The notes beneath the pieces were generated by a model. The model ran no database searches. It worked only from the letters and a program-made list of their open reading frames with translations, and was not told the DNA's origin. From Priapulus caudatus (lineage: Eukaryota): a DNA stretch of 22,056 nucleotides. Below are positions 11,215-22,056 of this stretch, in pieces. The stretch spans positions 253,952-276,007 of the forward strand of contig NW_014577092.1 in assembly GCF_000485595.1 (NCBI RefSeq), in the 5' to 3' direction. Positions within the stretch are counted from its first letter, which is position 1; the number at the start of each line of letters is the position of its first letter. The translations under genes and the position numbers were made by a program.

Positions 11215-11415
11215 CATGCGTGCGTACGTGCGTGCGTTCATGCGTACGCGTGTGTTTGCGTGTGCGTGTTCCTACGCGTGTGTGAATGCGCGTGTGCGTG
11301 TGCGTGTGTGTGCGTCCCAGTGTGCATGCGCGTGTGCGTGTGCATGTGCGCGTCCGTGTGCGTGCGTATGCGTGCGTGTGCGTGCGTGCGTGCGTGTGCA
11401 TGTGCGTGCGTGCGT
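11215..11415. repeat. Imperfect (GCGT)n/(GT)n alternating purine-pyrimidine tract
   Basis: Directly visible. Confidence 0.9.
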
Positions 11416-11884
11416 TTTGACAATACGCATATATATTATATACGCATCTCACTCTGTACGTATGCTCTATACGCGCGAGTGCGTACCCACCCGTCCCTAC
11501 TACACTCGTGTTATATACGCGCATAAACATACACCTATACCATGTACATGTGTGCACTTTACACTCATGTTACATGTATACTCTACACTATGCTATGTAT
11601 ATGCGCGTGACGCTCTCGTGTATACGCATGACTTCTCACATGCCTCGCGACTGCACACGCATCTGCTGGTTCTCACGTTGCGCTACCATGCATGCAGCGA
11701 CAGTATTCGGACGCCGGCGACGATGACGATGGATGAGAGAGACGGGGGTTGACCAGATCGGTCGAATTTGATCAGCAAACAGGCGCTGTGTAAATTACTC
11801 CACGCTACGCAAGCTCTCCAAACACTGAGCCTCAGTTGATTGTTCCTGCTCGATTGGTCACGGATGAGTCAACCCGGTAGTGCA

Positions 11885-13445
<1,561 letters not shown>

Positions 13446-13479
13446 ACTTGTTGCCCCCTTTCTCGCGCGCATCCACGTT

Positions 13480-13730
13480 TTCTCTTCTGCTCTCTCTCCT
13501 TCACTTTGCGTTCGTTCTCCTGCGCGCTCTCTCTCTCTCTCACACTCACTCTCGCTTTATCTCCCTACCTCGTTTCTCTTCTCTAATCCTCTCTCCCGCT
13601 CTGTCACTTTCTCCTTCTCTTTACCGTTCTCCTCTTCCTTTTTCTTCTCCTCCTCCTCCTCCTCCTCCTCCTCCTCCTCTCCTCCCCTCCTCCTCCTACT
13701 CTCCTCCTCTCTGTGTGTGTCTCTCTCTCC
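13480..13730. repeat. Polypyrimidine tract with (CCT)n
   Basis: Directly visible. Confidence 0.85.
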
Positions 13731-14465
13731 CAGCTCCGCCACTAGACACCGTCAATAGCGCAGGTGCCTCGGCTGGCCACATCGGTTGGGCCGATGACAA
13801 TGTCAGGGTTCAGTTGGCTGACATGTGCTGATTCGATCTTGACGCGCTAAAGCTAGTTGTTGATGGTGTCGTGATATCGCGGCTCCACATCAGGGCAAGG
13901 ACAGAAACGTGCCTCCGCACACATCTCTCCATGCAGCATACCTCCGACGGCCCGCCTCCCAAACTATTTCACACTCTCGCGCCGCTGTTATTACAGGCCT
14001 GCGTGTAGCCGTGTACCACAGTGACACCCGATATGACGTGAGTTGACCTATGACCGATTGATCGAAGGACAATCAATTCTTCATTATACGAACAAAACTA
14101 CTTTATCTCGGCTATACATTACGGCGTATAGAAGAATTTCCAAGTATAGTCATAGAATTTCTTTACTTTCGCTTTCTTCTTTGCGTTATTTACGGTTATT
14201 AGTGAGAATGTATAGATGTAGCTTCTCGCTTTGTCCAATAGCATATTCGTGCGCACGCTATATATGCGCAAGCTCAATTAAACCAATTGTCAGAGCTGCA
14301 GACGGTTGTCCGCGACTCCTTTTTTCGAACAAGAAATTCGACAAAAGGATTTTGTCCAATTAAATTCCGGCTATGCATTCGGCTGCCGTGTTACGCATGC
14401 AGCACTCTTGGCGCGTGCTATCCACCGTGCCCTGGTTCAAGCAGGATGGGACAGTCGGCATATAC

Positions 14466-14870
14466 GGTAACATCCCAGTTGGCCTACTCCCATTTCGCCT
14501 ACACCCATTTCGCCTACGTCCCATTTCGCCTACGTCCCATTTCGCCTACTCCCATTTCGTCTACTCTCAGAATCGGCAATATTCCCATTTCGCCGTGTAT
14601 TTTCTATTTTTGTTCTCATTAATTGTACCTATGTTTTCTTCTGGTTCCTGTAGTCTAGTCTATGTATGCCAATCAAAACCATATTGTATTATTTATAAAT
14701 GATTATTTAGTGAATAAACCGATCGTAGACGAAATGGGATTGAGGTAGATTTTGAGCGCAGACGAATTGGGAGTAGGCGAAATGGGTGTAGGCCAACTGG
14801 GAATTTTGCCGTAGGCGAAATGGGAATTTTGCCGTAGGCGAAATGGGAGTAGGCCAACCTGGAATAAACC
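14466..14870. mobile_element. Non-autonomous foldback/MITE DNA transposon, probably Mutator-like (MULE), 405 bp, 9-bp TSD
   Basis: Left end GGTAACATCCCAGTTGGCCTACTCCCATTTCGCCTAC; right end reverse-complemented GGTTTATTCCAGGTTGGCCTACTCCCATTTCGCCTAC. Both arms (~14466-14595 and ~14722-14870) are built from 15-16-bp CCCATTTCGCCTAC subrepeats around an AT-rich spacer. Exact direct repeat GGCATATAC at 14457-14465 and 14871-14879. No transposase ORF. Confidence 0.9.
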
Positions 14871-14885
14871 GGCATATACGTACAT

Positions 14886-14887
<2 letters not shown>

Positions 14888-14916
<29 letters not shown>
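14888..14916. repeat. (CA)n microsatellite
   Basis: Directly visible. Confidence 0.95.
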
Positions 14917-14917
<1 letters not shown>

Positions 14918-15172
14918 GCGGCTCGATTTCCCATCCTGGTCTGTTTATCTAAATATAAAGTGATCACCTGCTGTCACGGAGACGGTTGCTGAATTAATTA
15001 CGCGAAGTTTATTTTGGAATCGTGCATGTGTTTCGTATGTTTCGTGTGGATTTCGGTTGTTTTATTGCTATATTATAACGCGTGCCGCGAAATCGCTACA
15101 ACGGGGCGAATCAGCGCAGCATATAGACACTACGCGAGAGCTCGGTCTCGCTACGTCGACTGGGAGAACAGA

Positions 15173-15214
15173 CAGAACGATTGGAGGCAAACTCAGAACG
15201 ATTGGAGGCAAACT
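15173..15214. repeat. Perfect 21-bp tandem duplication CAGAACGATTGGAGGCAAACT x2
   Basis: 15173-15193 is identical to 15194-15214. Confidence 0.95.
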
Positions 15215-15385
15215 CCCTGAAATCGATCGAGAAGAAGCTGGTTGAGCTTGAACCTAGAGTCCTGGTCAGATCCTCAGACATTTCGAGGGGAGATTCTGCA
15301 GACAATTCTGCAGATGGTCCTAGAGATATATATACCAGTTGTGTCGACGGGGATAGATTTATATTACATAGCCGCGTATAGCACG

Positions 15386-15574
<189 letters not shown>

Positions 15575-15958
15575 ACAGGTGTTCAATTATGTCCCACCGA
15601 CAGAAATTTCTGCTGCATGGCAAACATCAGCAGCTCAACCTGCGAAGTGTCGTAGCACCCGGTAGCTAGTTGCGCACTTGATCTCACTCTCTCTCTCCTG
15701 CGCGCTCTCTCTTTCTCTCCCACACACACATGCACATACATACACACATACACACAATGGCCACTAGAGGTATGTTTGCTCTATCGCCTCGCTCGCTTAA
15801 CCGCTGAAGAGATTGCTTCTGCCTCGCAGCTATGAAAAGAATTCCATTGTGAGATGTGCGAAGCATTGTGGCGCGTTGCGCTGAAAGCAAGACTTCAGCC
15901 TTGGTTGCGGATCAAATCGACTGTGCTAGCACCATTTAGGTCATGAGCCCGAGAGCCC

Positions 15959-16011
15959 CCACTCACTCACTCACAGTCGCACTCACTCACTCATTCACGC
16001 ACTCACTCACT
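15959..16011. repeat. (ACTC)n microsatellite
   Basis: Directly visible. Confidence 0.85.
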
Positions 16012-16374
16012 ATCGACGCGCACATCGGAAAGAATGTCTCAATGGTACTCGACGGCAGAGATTCTTAGTGCCGCACCAGCGATGATTAACCCCTTACTTA
16101 ACACTCACGCTCGAGCGTGGCGCATTTTCGTATTAAACTCTGCAGGTCTTAGCGAACCTGATTTCCTCGAAGTCGGCATGAGACTCGAGCATCGCGATCG
16201 CCGTAATAGAAAGCCCTTGCAGATCATCTTCAGCGATAATCTTTCCCGTTAAATAAATGACAGGCAGACATGTGGACATGGTAGCTCATCCACAGAGCAA
16301 AGATGTGCCTAGCTGTGGCTGAAAGCATTAGCCTGGCGAAAAGCTGTTCTGTAAATTATCGGGATGCCACCTGT

Positions 16375-16706
16375 GAGAGAGAAAAAAATGAGAGAGCGGG
16401 GCGGGAGGGATAGATAGGGGAAGGGGTGAGAAAGAATCGAAAGGGCGAAAGCAAGCGAATGCGATTGAATGAGGAAAAAGATGAAGCGAGAAAGAGAGAA
16501 GAAGAGGGAGCGAGAGTCACGGAGGGAAAGAGAACGAGCGAGAGATCGAGGAATATGGAGGGAGAGAATAACCGTGTAAGAGAGAGCGAGCACGATGGAA
16601 ACAGACAGATGGACAAAGACAGAGAGAGCGAGAGAGAGTCAGAGAGAGTGTCAGACAGAGACAGACAGACAGACAGCCAAACAAACAGCCAGACAGCCAG
16701 ACAGCC

Positions 16707-16743
<37 letters not shown>

Positions 16744-16790
16744 GCCAGACCGACAGACAGACAGCCAGACCGAGAGGGCGCGCACCAGAC
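16375..16790. repeat. Purine-rich tract followed by (GACA)n/(GCCAGACA)n
   Basis: (gaca)n ~16655-16770. Confidence 0.85.
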
Positions 16791-17694
16791 AGCGCAGAGA
16801 GTGCCGACGTCGTGAAAGGCGGCAACGGCCTAACAACCGCGTCTCGTACAGATAGACAGCATTGCGACGAAAGCGAGTCGGCGAGCGGGGGGAGCTGGAG
16901 CGCGAGGACCGGAGCCGCCGCCGTGGTGGCCGCGCGCCGCTCATTCAAATCCATTTCGTCTAATTCCGAAATAATGTTCTGACGGGCAAACAGCATGTTT
17001 GCGCGACTAATGTCTCAGCAAACATACCGGCAGCGCGATCTGGCCCAGGTGCGCGGGCCGCCTCACTGTGCAAACACCGAACTGATCTCCCACGTGCACG
17101 GCCCCGTACCAGGTAACCACCTCCATGCAGGTAGCGCACGCACAGGTGAAGTGTATAAGGGTACATTCTCATCTACTGTAAAATACCAGCGATTAATTCT
17201 AAAATGGAGAAAAACAATTCTTACTAGGAGGGAGGGTTCAGCGGTAAAAAAAATCCCACATACGTTGAAATGAGACTTCGGACCTCTGTTATTAGTGTGA
17301 ACTGGACGCGGAATTGGTAGAATTGAATAAATCTCGTGAATCGCAGGAATGGCGTGGTAGGTTAGAGGGAGGGGCGGTGGCTAGTGAGTGAATAGGCCTA
17401 CTTACGTCTTCCCCCACACAGATGCGATCTCACCCGCCCCACCCAGAGACGAAGGAAACACAGCGCCACACAGTTTCATTGCACGCACGCAAGCATGCGC
17501 GGACGCATGCACGCACACACGCACGCACGCACGCGCGTGCACACAATTAGCAATAGTCCATGTCAAGAGAGAGGCGATAAAAAAATTCTTCCTTCCGCCT
17601 TTATGAACTCGATTAGCGTGATTTTTTTTTGCGACGTCGAAGTATAATAGTCCGTAGCCGCGTCATTCTTTCTCAGTTAAACACGCATAATAGC

Positions 17695-17821
17695 AGAGAG
17701 GGAAAGAGCGAGAAAGGAAATTGGAAATAGAAGGGGAGTAAAAGGAGAGAGAGAGAGATGGGAATTGAAAGGAAAAGAGAAGGGAGTGAAGAAGAGAGAG
17801 TGGGAGTGGGCGAGAAGAGAG

Positions 17822-17854
<33 letters not shown>

Positions 17855-17869
17855 GGACGAGAGGAGAAG

Positions 17870-17927
<58 letters not shown>

Positions 17928-18030
17928 AAAAGAGTGAAAAGAGAGTATCTGTGTGTGCGTGCATGCGTGCGTGCGCGTATGTTTGCGTGTGTGAGAGGTT
18001 TGAGAGTGAGAGTGCGTGTGAGAGAGAAGC
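17695..18030. repeat. (GA)n tract with (GT/GCGT)n tail
   Basis: Directly visible. Confidence 0.9.
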
Positions 18031-19019
18031 TCGATAGCAATCCATTAGAGACTGGCGACAGGATTGTCTAATTACATTAGCCGTCAAAAGGCAAACAAAA
18101 GCCGCGTGGCATTCAGAAAGTCCCCGTTAGTAACGAACGCGTCCAGCTACACAACACAAACGTCGGGAAATAGTGACATATACGGAGAGATATATAATAG
18201 CATCACGATACGGCGCAGACAGACGTTCGTTCGCGTGCGTCAAGGTACGCTATAAACCAAGAGAAAGACGCGACAACCGAATGATTGATGCGTAACACAC
18301 ACAGACCGTCTCCATAACATAATAAAATTAAATGAATTAGAATTACAACCAATGTGATGCGTACGTACTCTATATTGCTTAATAATTTCGCATATATGAT
18401 GACCAGACACGCCTAATCAACACGTAGTCTTAGCACACGCACGCCCCCGTGCATAGAGTGACAAAAGATACGTGTATGAGTACACGAGCATCATATACAA
18501 AGTAACTACTGGCAGCTGAAACTGCTGGAAAACGGGCACGAATTAACATCACCGCATGGGGAAAGCAACGTAATGTCACTGCCACGAGCTCTACTCCGGA
18601 CTCCGTCGTAACAAGCGAGCAATGACGGCGAAAAAAATTACAGAAAAAAATCAACAGATAATTGCGCCTACACTCGACAGACCAATTTCATGCAGATTAA
18701 ATTCCCAAGATTTCCTTATCAACTCCTATCGCGACTCATATATATTCATGGCTTCGAGTTTTCTCTCCACGCAAAATAAATATAAAAGTAACAAATCGGT
18801 TATGGGGCCGATATAATTCCGCTCGCCACGAGATTCCGCCCGTCTCTCAATTATCCACTGGGACGATCGGCTAGGAGGGAACAATTGCCAACAGGAAACG
18901 CATCAAAAAATCTTATTTCCCCTGCTCGCTAGGCAGGCTAATGACGGACATTTCTTCCCGTAACGAGTCCCAGATGGACAACAATCACGTACAACGAATT
19001 TCAGAAACGCAAGAGCAGG

Positions 19020-19240
19020 CGGGAGGAGAGGGGTGCGGACGAAAAGGGGAGAGGAGGAGGAAGACGAAAAGCAAGAGGAGTAGGACGAGGAGGATGTGGA
19101 GAAGGATGATGAAGAGGATGATGAGGAGGAGGAGGGTGAGGAGAAGGAGGAGGTAGTGGTAGTGGTAGAAGAACAGGAGAAGGGAGAGAAGGAGGAGACG
19201 GAGAAAGGAGAAAAGGAGGCGAAGGCGGAAGCGAGAGGGA
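19020..19240. repeat. (GAG/GAT/GTA)n low-complexity purine-rich repeat
   Basis: Directly visible. Confidence 0.85.
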
Positions 19241-19569
19241 ACGCGAGCGGGAGACTCACAGTACAGGGAATGGGTTGAGCGGTGCATGCAATCGAGGGAA
19301 CCTAATGGACTCTTAGGAATCCGCAGAGAAACGCGCGGCGCATGCGTGCGAGCCTCTATACGCGGACACGCTGCGGGGTCCTCCCCGCTGGTTCCAGCGC
19401 GGCTGCGCGAGAGTGCGCGCGTCCGCTCCGTTTAATTTAAAATCGGTTATTGGAAATCGGACGACGAGACGTCGGACGGCGACGTAACCCAATCGACGTC
19501 GCCATTAATCCAATTTAATGAACGAGTTTTGATAGGAAAGCTATACAGATCGATGCTGCAGCACGACAA

Positions 19570-19830
19570 AGAAGAGAGAGTGGGGGGATGAGAGAGAGAA
19601 AGAGAAAGAGAGCACGTACGAGAGAGATAGAACAAGCGATAATAAGAGGGAGCGAGAGAAAGAGAAAGAAAGAGAGCACGCACGAGAGAGCGCGCAAGAG
19701 AGGAAGAGAGAAAAAGAGAGCACGTACGTTAGAGAGAGGGGATAGAGCGAGAGAGAGAGAGAGGGCGAGAGAGAAATAGAGAGAGAGAGAGAACGAGAGC
19801 ACGTGCGAGAGAGATGATAGCGCGAGACAG
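19570..19830. repeat. (GA)-rich tract with 4 embedded GAGAGCACGYRCG motifs
   Basis: Motif near 19608, 19672, 19716 and 19795. Confidence 0.8.
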
Positions 19831-20164
19831 GGGGACTGGCAGCAGACGGATCGACGGCTAGCCGTCATGTTAGTACGCCTAATGCTACTCTAACTCTATT
19901 CGTCGAGTCCGCTATTGAGCGAGTCGCGCAAAACAGGTAGGGTTTCACCATTACGGTGAAAACGCACGGCCGAAACCCGTCGCCTCGTGTTATTCCGATG
20001 ATGCCGATAGTAGAGTGACTAATGCTACGAGATTCTCTGTCGCCACAACCTGAATCGACCACGTATTAGGCGTGCGAGTTGCATCTAGATGTCGATGATT
20101 GCATACTGGGGCACTTTAGCTCACAAGCAGAGCACGCTAAAGAACTGCTGCTGTGGTTTCTTCT

Positions 20165-20261
20165 GATACTACTGCTACTGCTGTTATTAGTAGTAACAAT
20201 AGACACGGCTACGACAGTAACAGCAACCGTAGGAGCAGCAGCAGTAGGAACAACAACTACA

Positions 20262-20358
<97 letters not shown>

Positions 20359-20609
20359 CGACAACGACGACAACGATGACGACGACGGCAACGACGACGA
20401 CGACTACGACAACGACAATAACACCAGCAGCAGCCGTCGCAGCAACAGCAACAGAAACAGTAGCAGCAGTAGTAGCAATAGCGGAAGTAGCAGCAGTAGT
20501 AGTAGCAGTAGCAGCAGCAGCAGCAACGCCACCAGCAGCAGTAGTAACAGTATAGCAGCAGTATTAGCAGCAGCAATAGCAGCAACGCCGCCAGCAATAG
20601 CAGCAGACA

Positions 20610-20640
<31 letters not shown>

Positions 20641-20790
20641 AGCAGCAACAGCAGCAGCCATCGCAGCAACAGCAGCAGCAGCCATCGCAGCAGCAGTAGC
20701 AGCAGCAGCCGCAGCAGTAACAGAAGCAGCAACAGCAGCAGCAGCATCACCACCACCAGCAGCAGCAGCAGTAGTAGCAGCATCAGCCGT
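20165..20790. repeat. Compound trinucleotide repeat (ACG/ACA)n then (GCA/GTA)n
   Basis: Directly visible; produces poly-Thr/Asp/Ala ORFs in several frames. Confidence 0.95.
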
Positions 20791-21470
20791 AATTTACAGC
20801 CACGCACACGCAATATACAACGATAACAAGGCGGCCACTGCATGCGTGCGTTTAATAACGCTGGCGTAGCGTATAGGCAAACAACGACCAGGTAAGTCAA
20901 GTGCTGTGACATATAACACTACTCTTTGAGCCGAGGCACGTCAACAGTCGCGCTACTGCTGCGTTGTAGACGATATTACATTCTGCCCGACGGGCCTCGC
21001 CATCTGCCTGATCGCGAGCGGTCATATGCTTTACCGCACGGTAGCAGTTTTCTCAAGATTAATAACTTAAGTCCGGAATTTTTACAAGGAATCGAAATCC
21101 GAAATCGTCGCGACAAACAGACGAGAAAGAAGAAAGACAGAACAAGTGAGATTATCGGCGGACTGGCTCGTCTGCTGGTGTTTGTCCCAGTCTTACGACT
21201 GTAGCGATGCTGCGCGCACCATACATAGTATGATGTTACGACTATCATTCTTCCGCTCGCGCTACTGACGTGTGTGACGGTCTCATTGCTTGACATTTGC
21301 TCCCCATTTGCTACGTGTAGGGTCTATACGTATACAGGTTGATTTAAGAGCGTCGATCGTGAGGGCAGAAATCAAACCTGCCACTGCCGACGAATTAACG
21401 CACGAAACATCGGTTAAGAATGTCTACTCTCGAGATCGTTCGCAATAAATCGTTTCCACGTGGCAATCCA

Positions 21471-21471
<1 letters not shown>

Positions 21472-21517
<46 letters not shown>

Positions 21518-21603
21518 AACGGGGAAGAGTCGAAATAATAGAGGCGAGAATGAAAAAAAGAGTTGGGGTGAAGGAATGGGAAAGAAATCATGAAATAGAG
21601 TCT

Positions 21604-21660
<57 letters not shown>

Positions 21661-21815
21661 CGAAAAACACACACACACAATGAGAGAGAAAGGGAATGAA
21701 AGAGAGAGAAAGAGAGAGAACGAGACATAGACATAGAGAGAGGGGGAGAGAAAGGAAAAGAGACATAGAGAAAGGGGAGCGAAAGACAGAAAGGAAGAAA
21801 GAAAGAGAGAAGGTG
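21472..21815. repeat. (GA)n microsatellites and purine-rich tract
   Basis: Directly visible. Confidence 0.9.
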
Positions 21816-21825
21816 AATAAAAAAA

Positions 21826-21910
21826 GGCGGGAGTCTCCACAACAGGCGGGAGTCTGTTACGCGAGAGTTGCAGATTGCGGGAGTCTGTAACGCGCGGGAG
21901 ACGGGAGTTC
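21826..21910. repeat. Cluster of CGGGAG motifs, including an 18-bp near-duplicate GCGGGAGTCTGTWACGCG
   Basis: GCGGGAGTCT x3 (21827, 21846, 21877) plus two further CGGGAG copies. Confidence 0.65.
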
Positions 21911-21944
21911 GCATCGCTTGCGAATCAATGGGCCGTCTGGCCGC

Positions 21945-21992
21945 GCGCACACACAAACACACACGCACGCACGCACGCACGCACGTACGCAA

Positions 21993-22026
<34 letters not shown>

Positions 22027-22056
22027 GCACACACGACACACACACACACACACACG
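21945..22056. repeat. (GCAC)n/(CA)n microsatellite running off the window end
   Basis: Directly visible. Confidence 0.95.

Noticed and set aside
13997..14037. Plus-strand 41-nt exon candidate (ttacag|...gac|gtgagt; LRVAVYHSDTRYD)
   Set aside because: Isolated and short, with no partner exons or homology to support it.
14373..14967. ORFs with repeated PISPT / HFAY / PFRLR peptides
   Set aside because: Translations of the transposon's subterminal DNA repeats, not a transposase.
15927..15937. miR-29-like 5' sequence TAGCACCATTT (also miR-92-like TATTGCACTT at 434 and miR-67/307-like TCACAACCT at 9507)
   Set aside because: Only the first 9-11 nt match and no complementary hairpin arm is visible.
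19478..19503. GGCGACGT...ACGTCGCC hairpin
   Set aside because: An 8-bp stem is expected by chance in CpG-rich sequence, and there are no other RNA-gene features.
20889..20897. Perfect + strand donor CAG|GTAAGT
   Set aside because: The candidate exon from the upstream acceptor (tttacag, ~20799) has stops in all three frames; a single 9-mer can occur by chance. A non-coding exon is not excluded.
20079..20912. Mucin- or antifreeze-like ORFs (hydrophobic stretch plus poly-Thr; poly-Asp/Ser/Ala)
   Set aside because: Trinucleotide microsatellite open in multiple frames and on both strands; the + strand ORFs have non-ATG starts and little unique flanking coding sequence.

Overview
Eukaryotic, most likely invertebrate-animal, genomic DNA. 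CpG is not visibly depleted. A large fraction is microsatellite or low-complexity sequence, and there are two N gaps. There is no intact long gene: nearly all ORFs in the supplied track are translations of simple repeats. Supportable non-trivial features are: (1) a frameshifted, stop-ridden relic of an extracellular-type leucine-rich-repeat (LRR) coding sequence with an LRRCT-like cap on the + strand (~66-1360), split by a 16-bp minisatellite; (2) a 75-nt candidate coding exon with strong splice signals on the - strand (1435-1509), suggesting much of the window is intron of a large - strand gene; (3) a complete 405-bp non-autonomous foldback/Mutator-like element (14466-14870) with an exact 9-bp target-site duplication; (4) several small minisatellites and assembly artefacts (duplicated gap flanks, a noisy GA tract with a 25-N gap and poly-G). 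I see no prokaryotic-type system, CRISPR array, tRNA or rRNA, and no convincing evidence of a wholly novel system.
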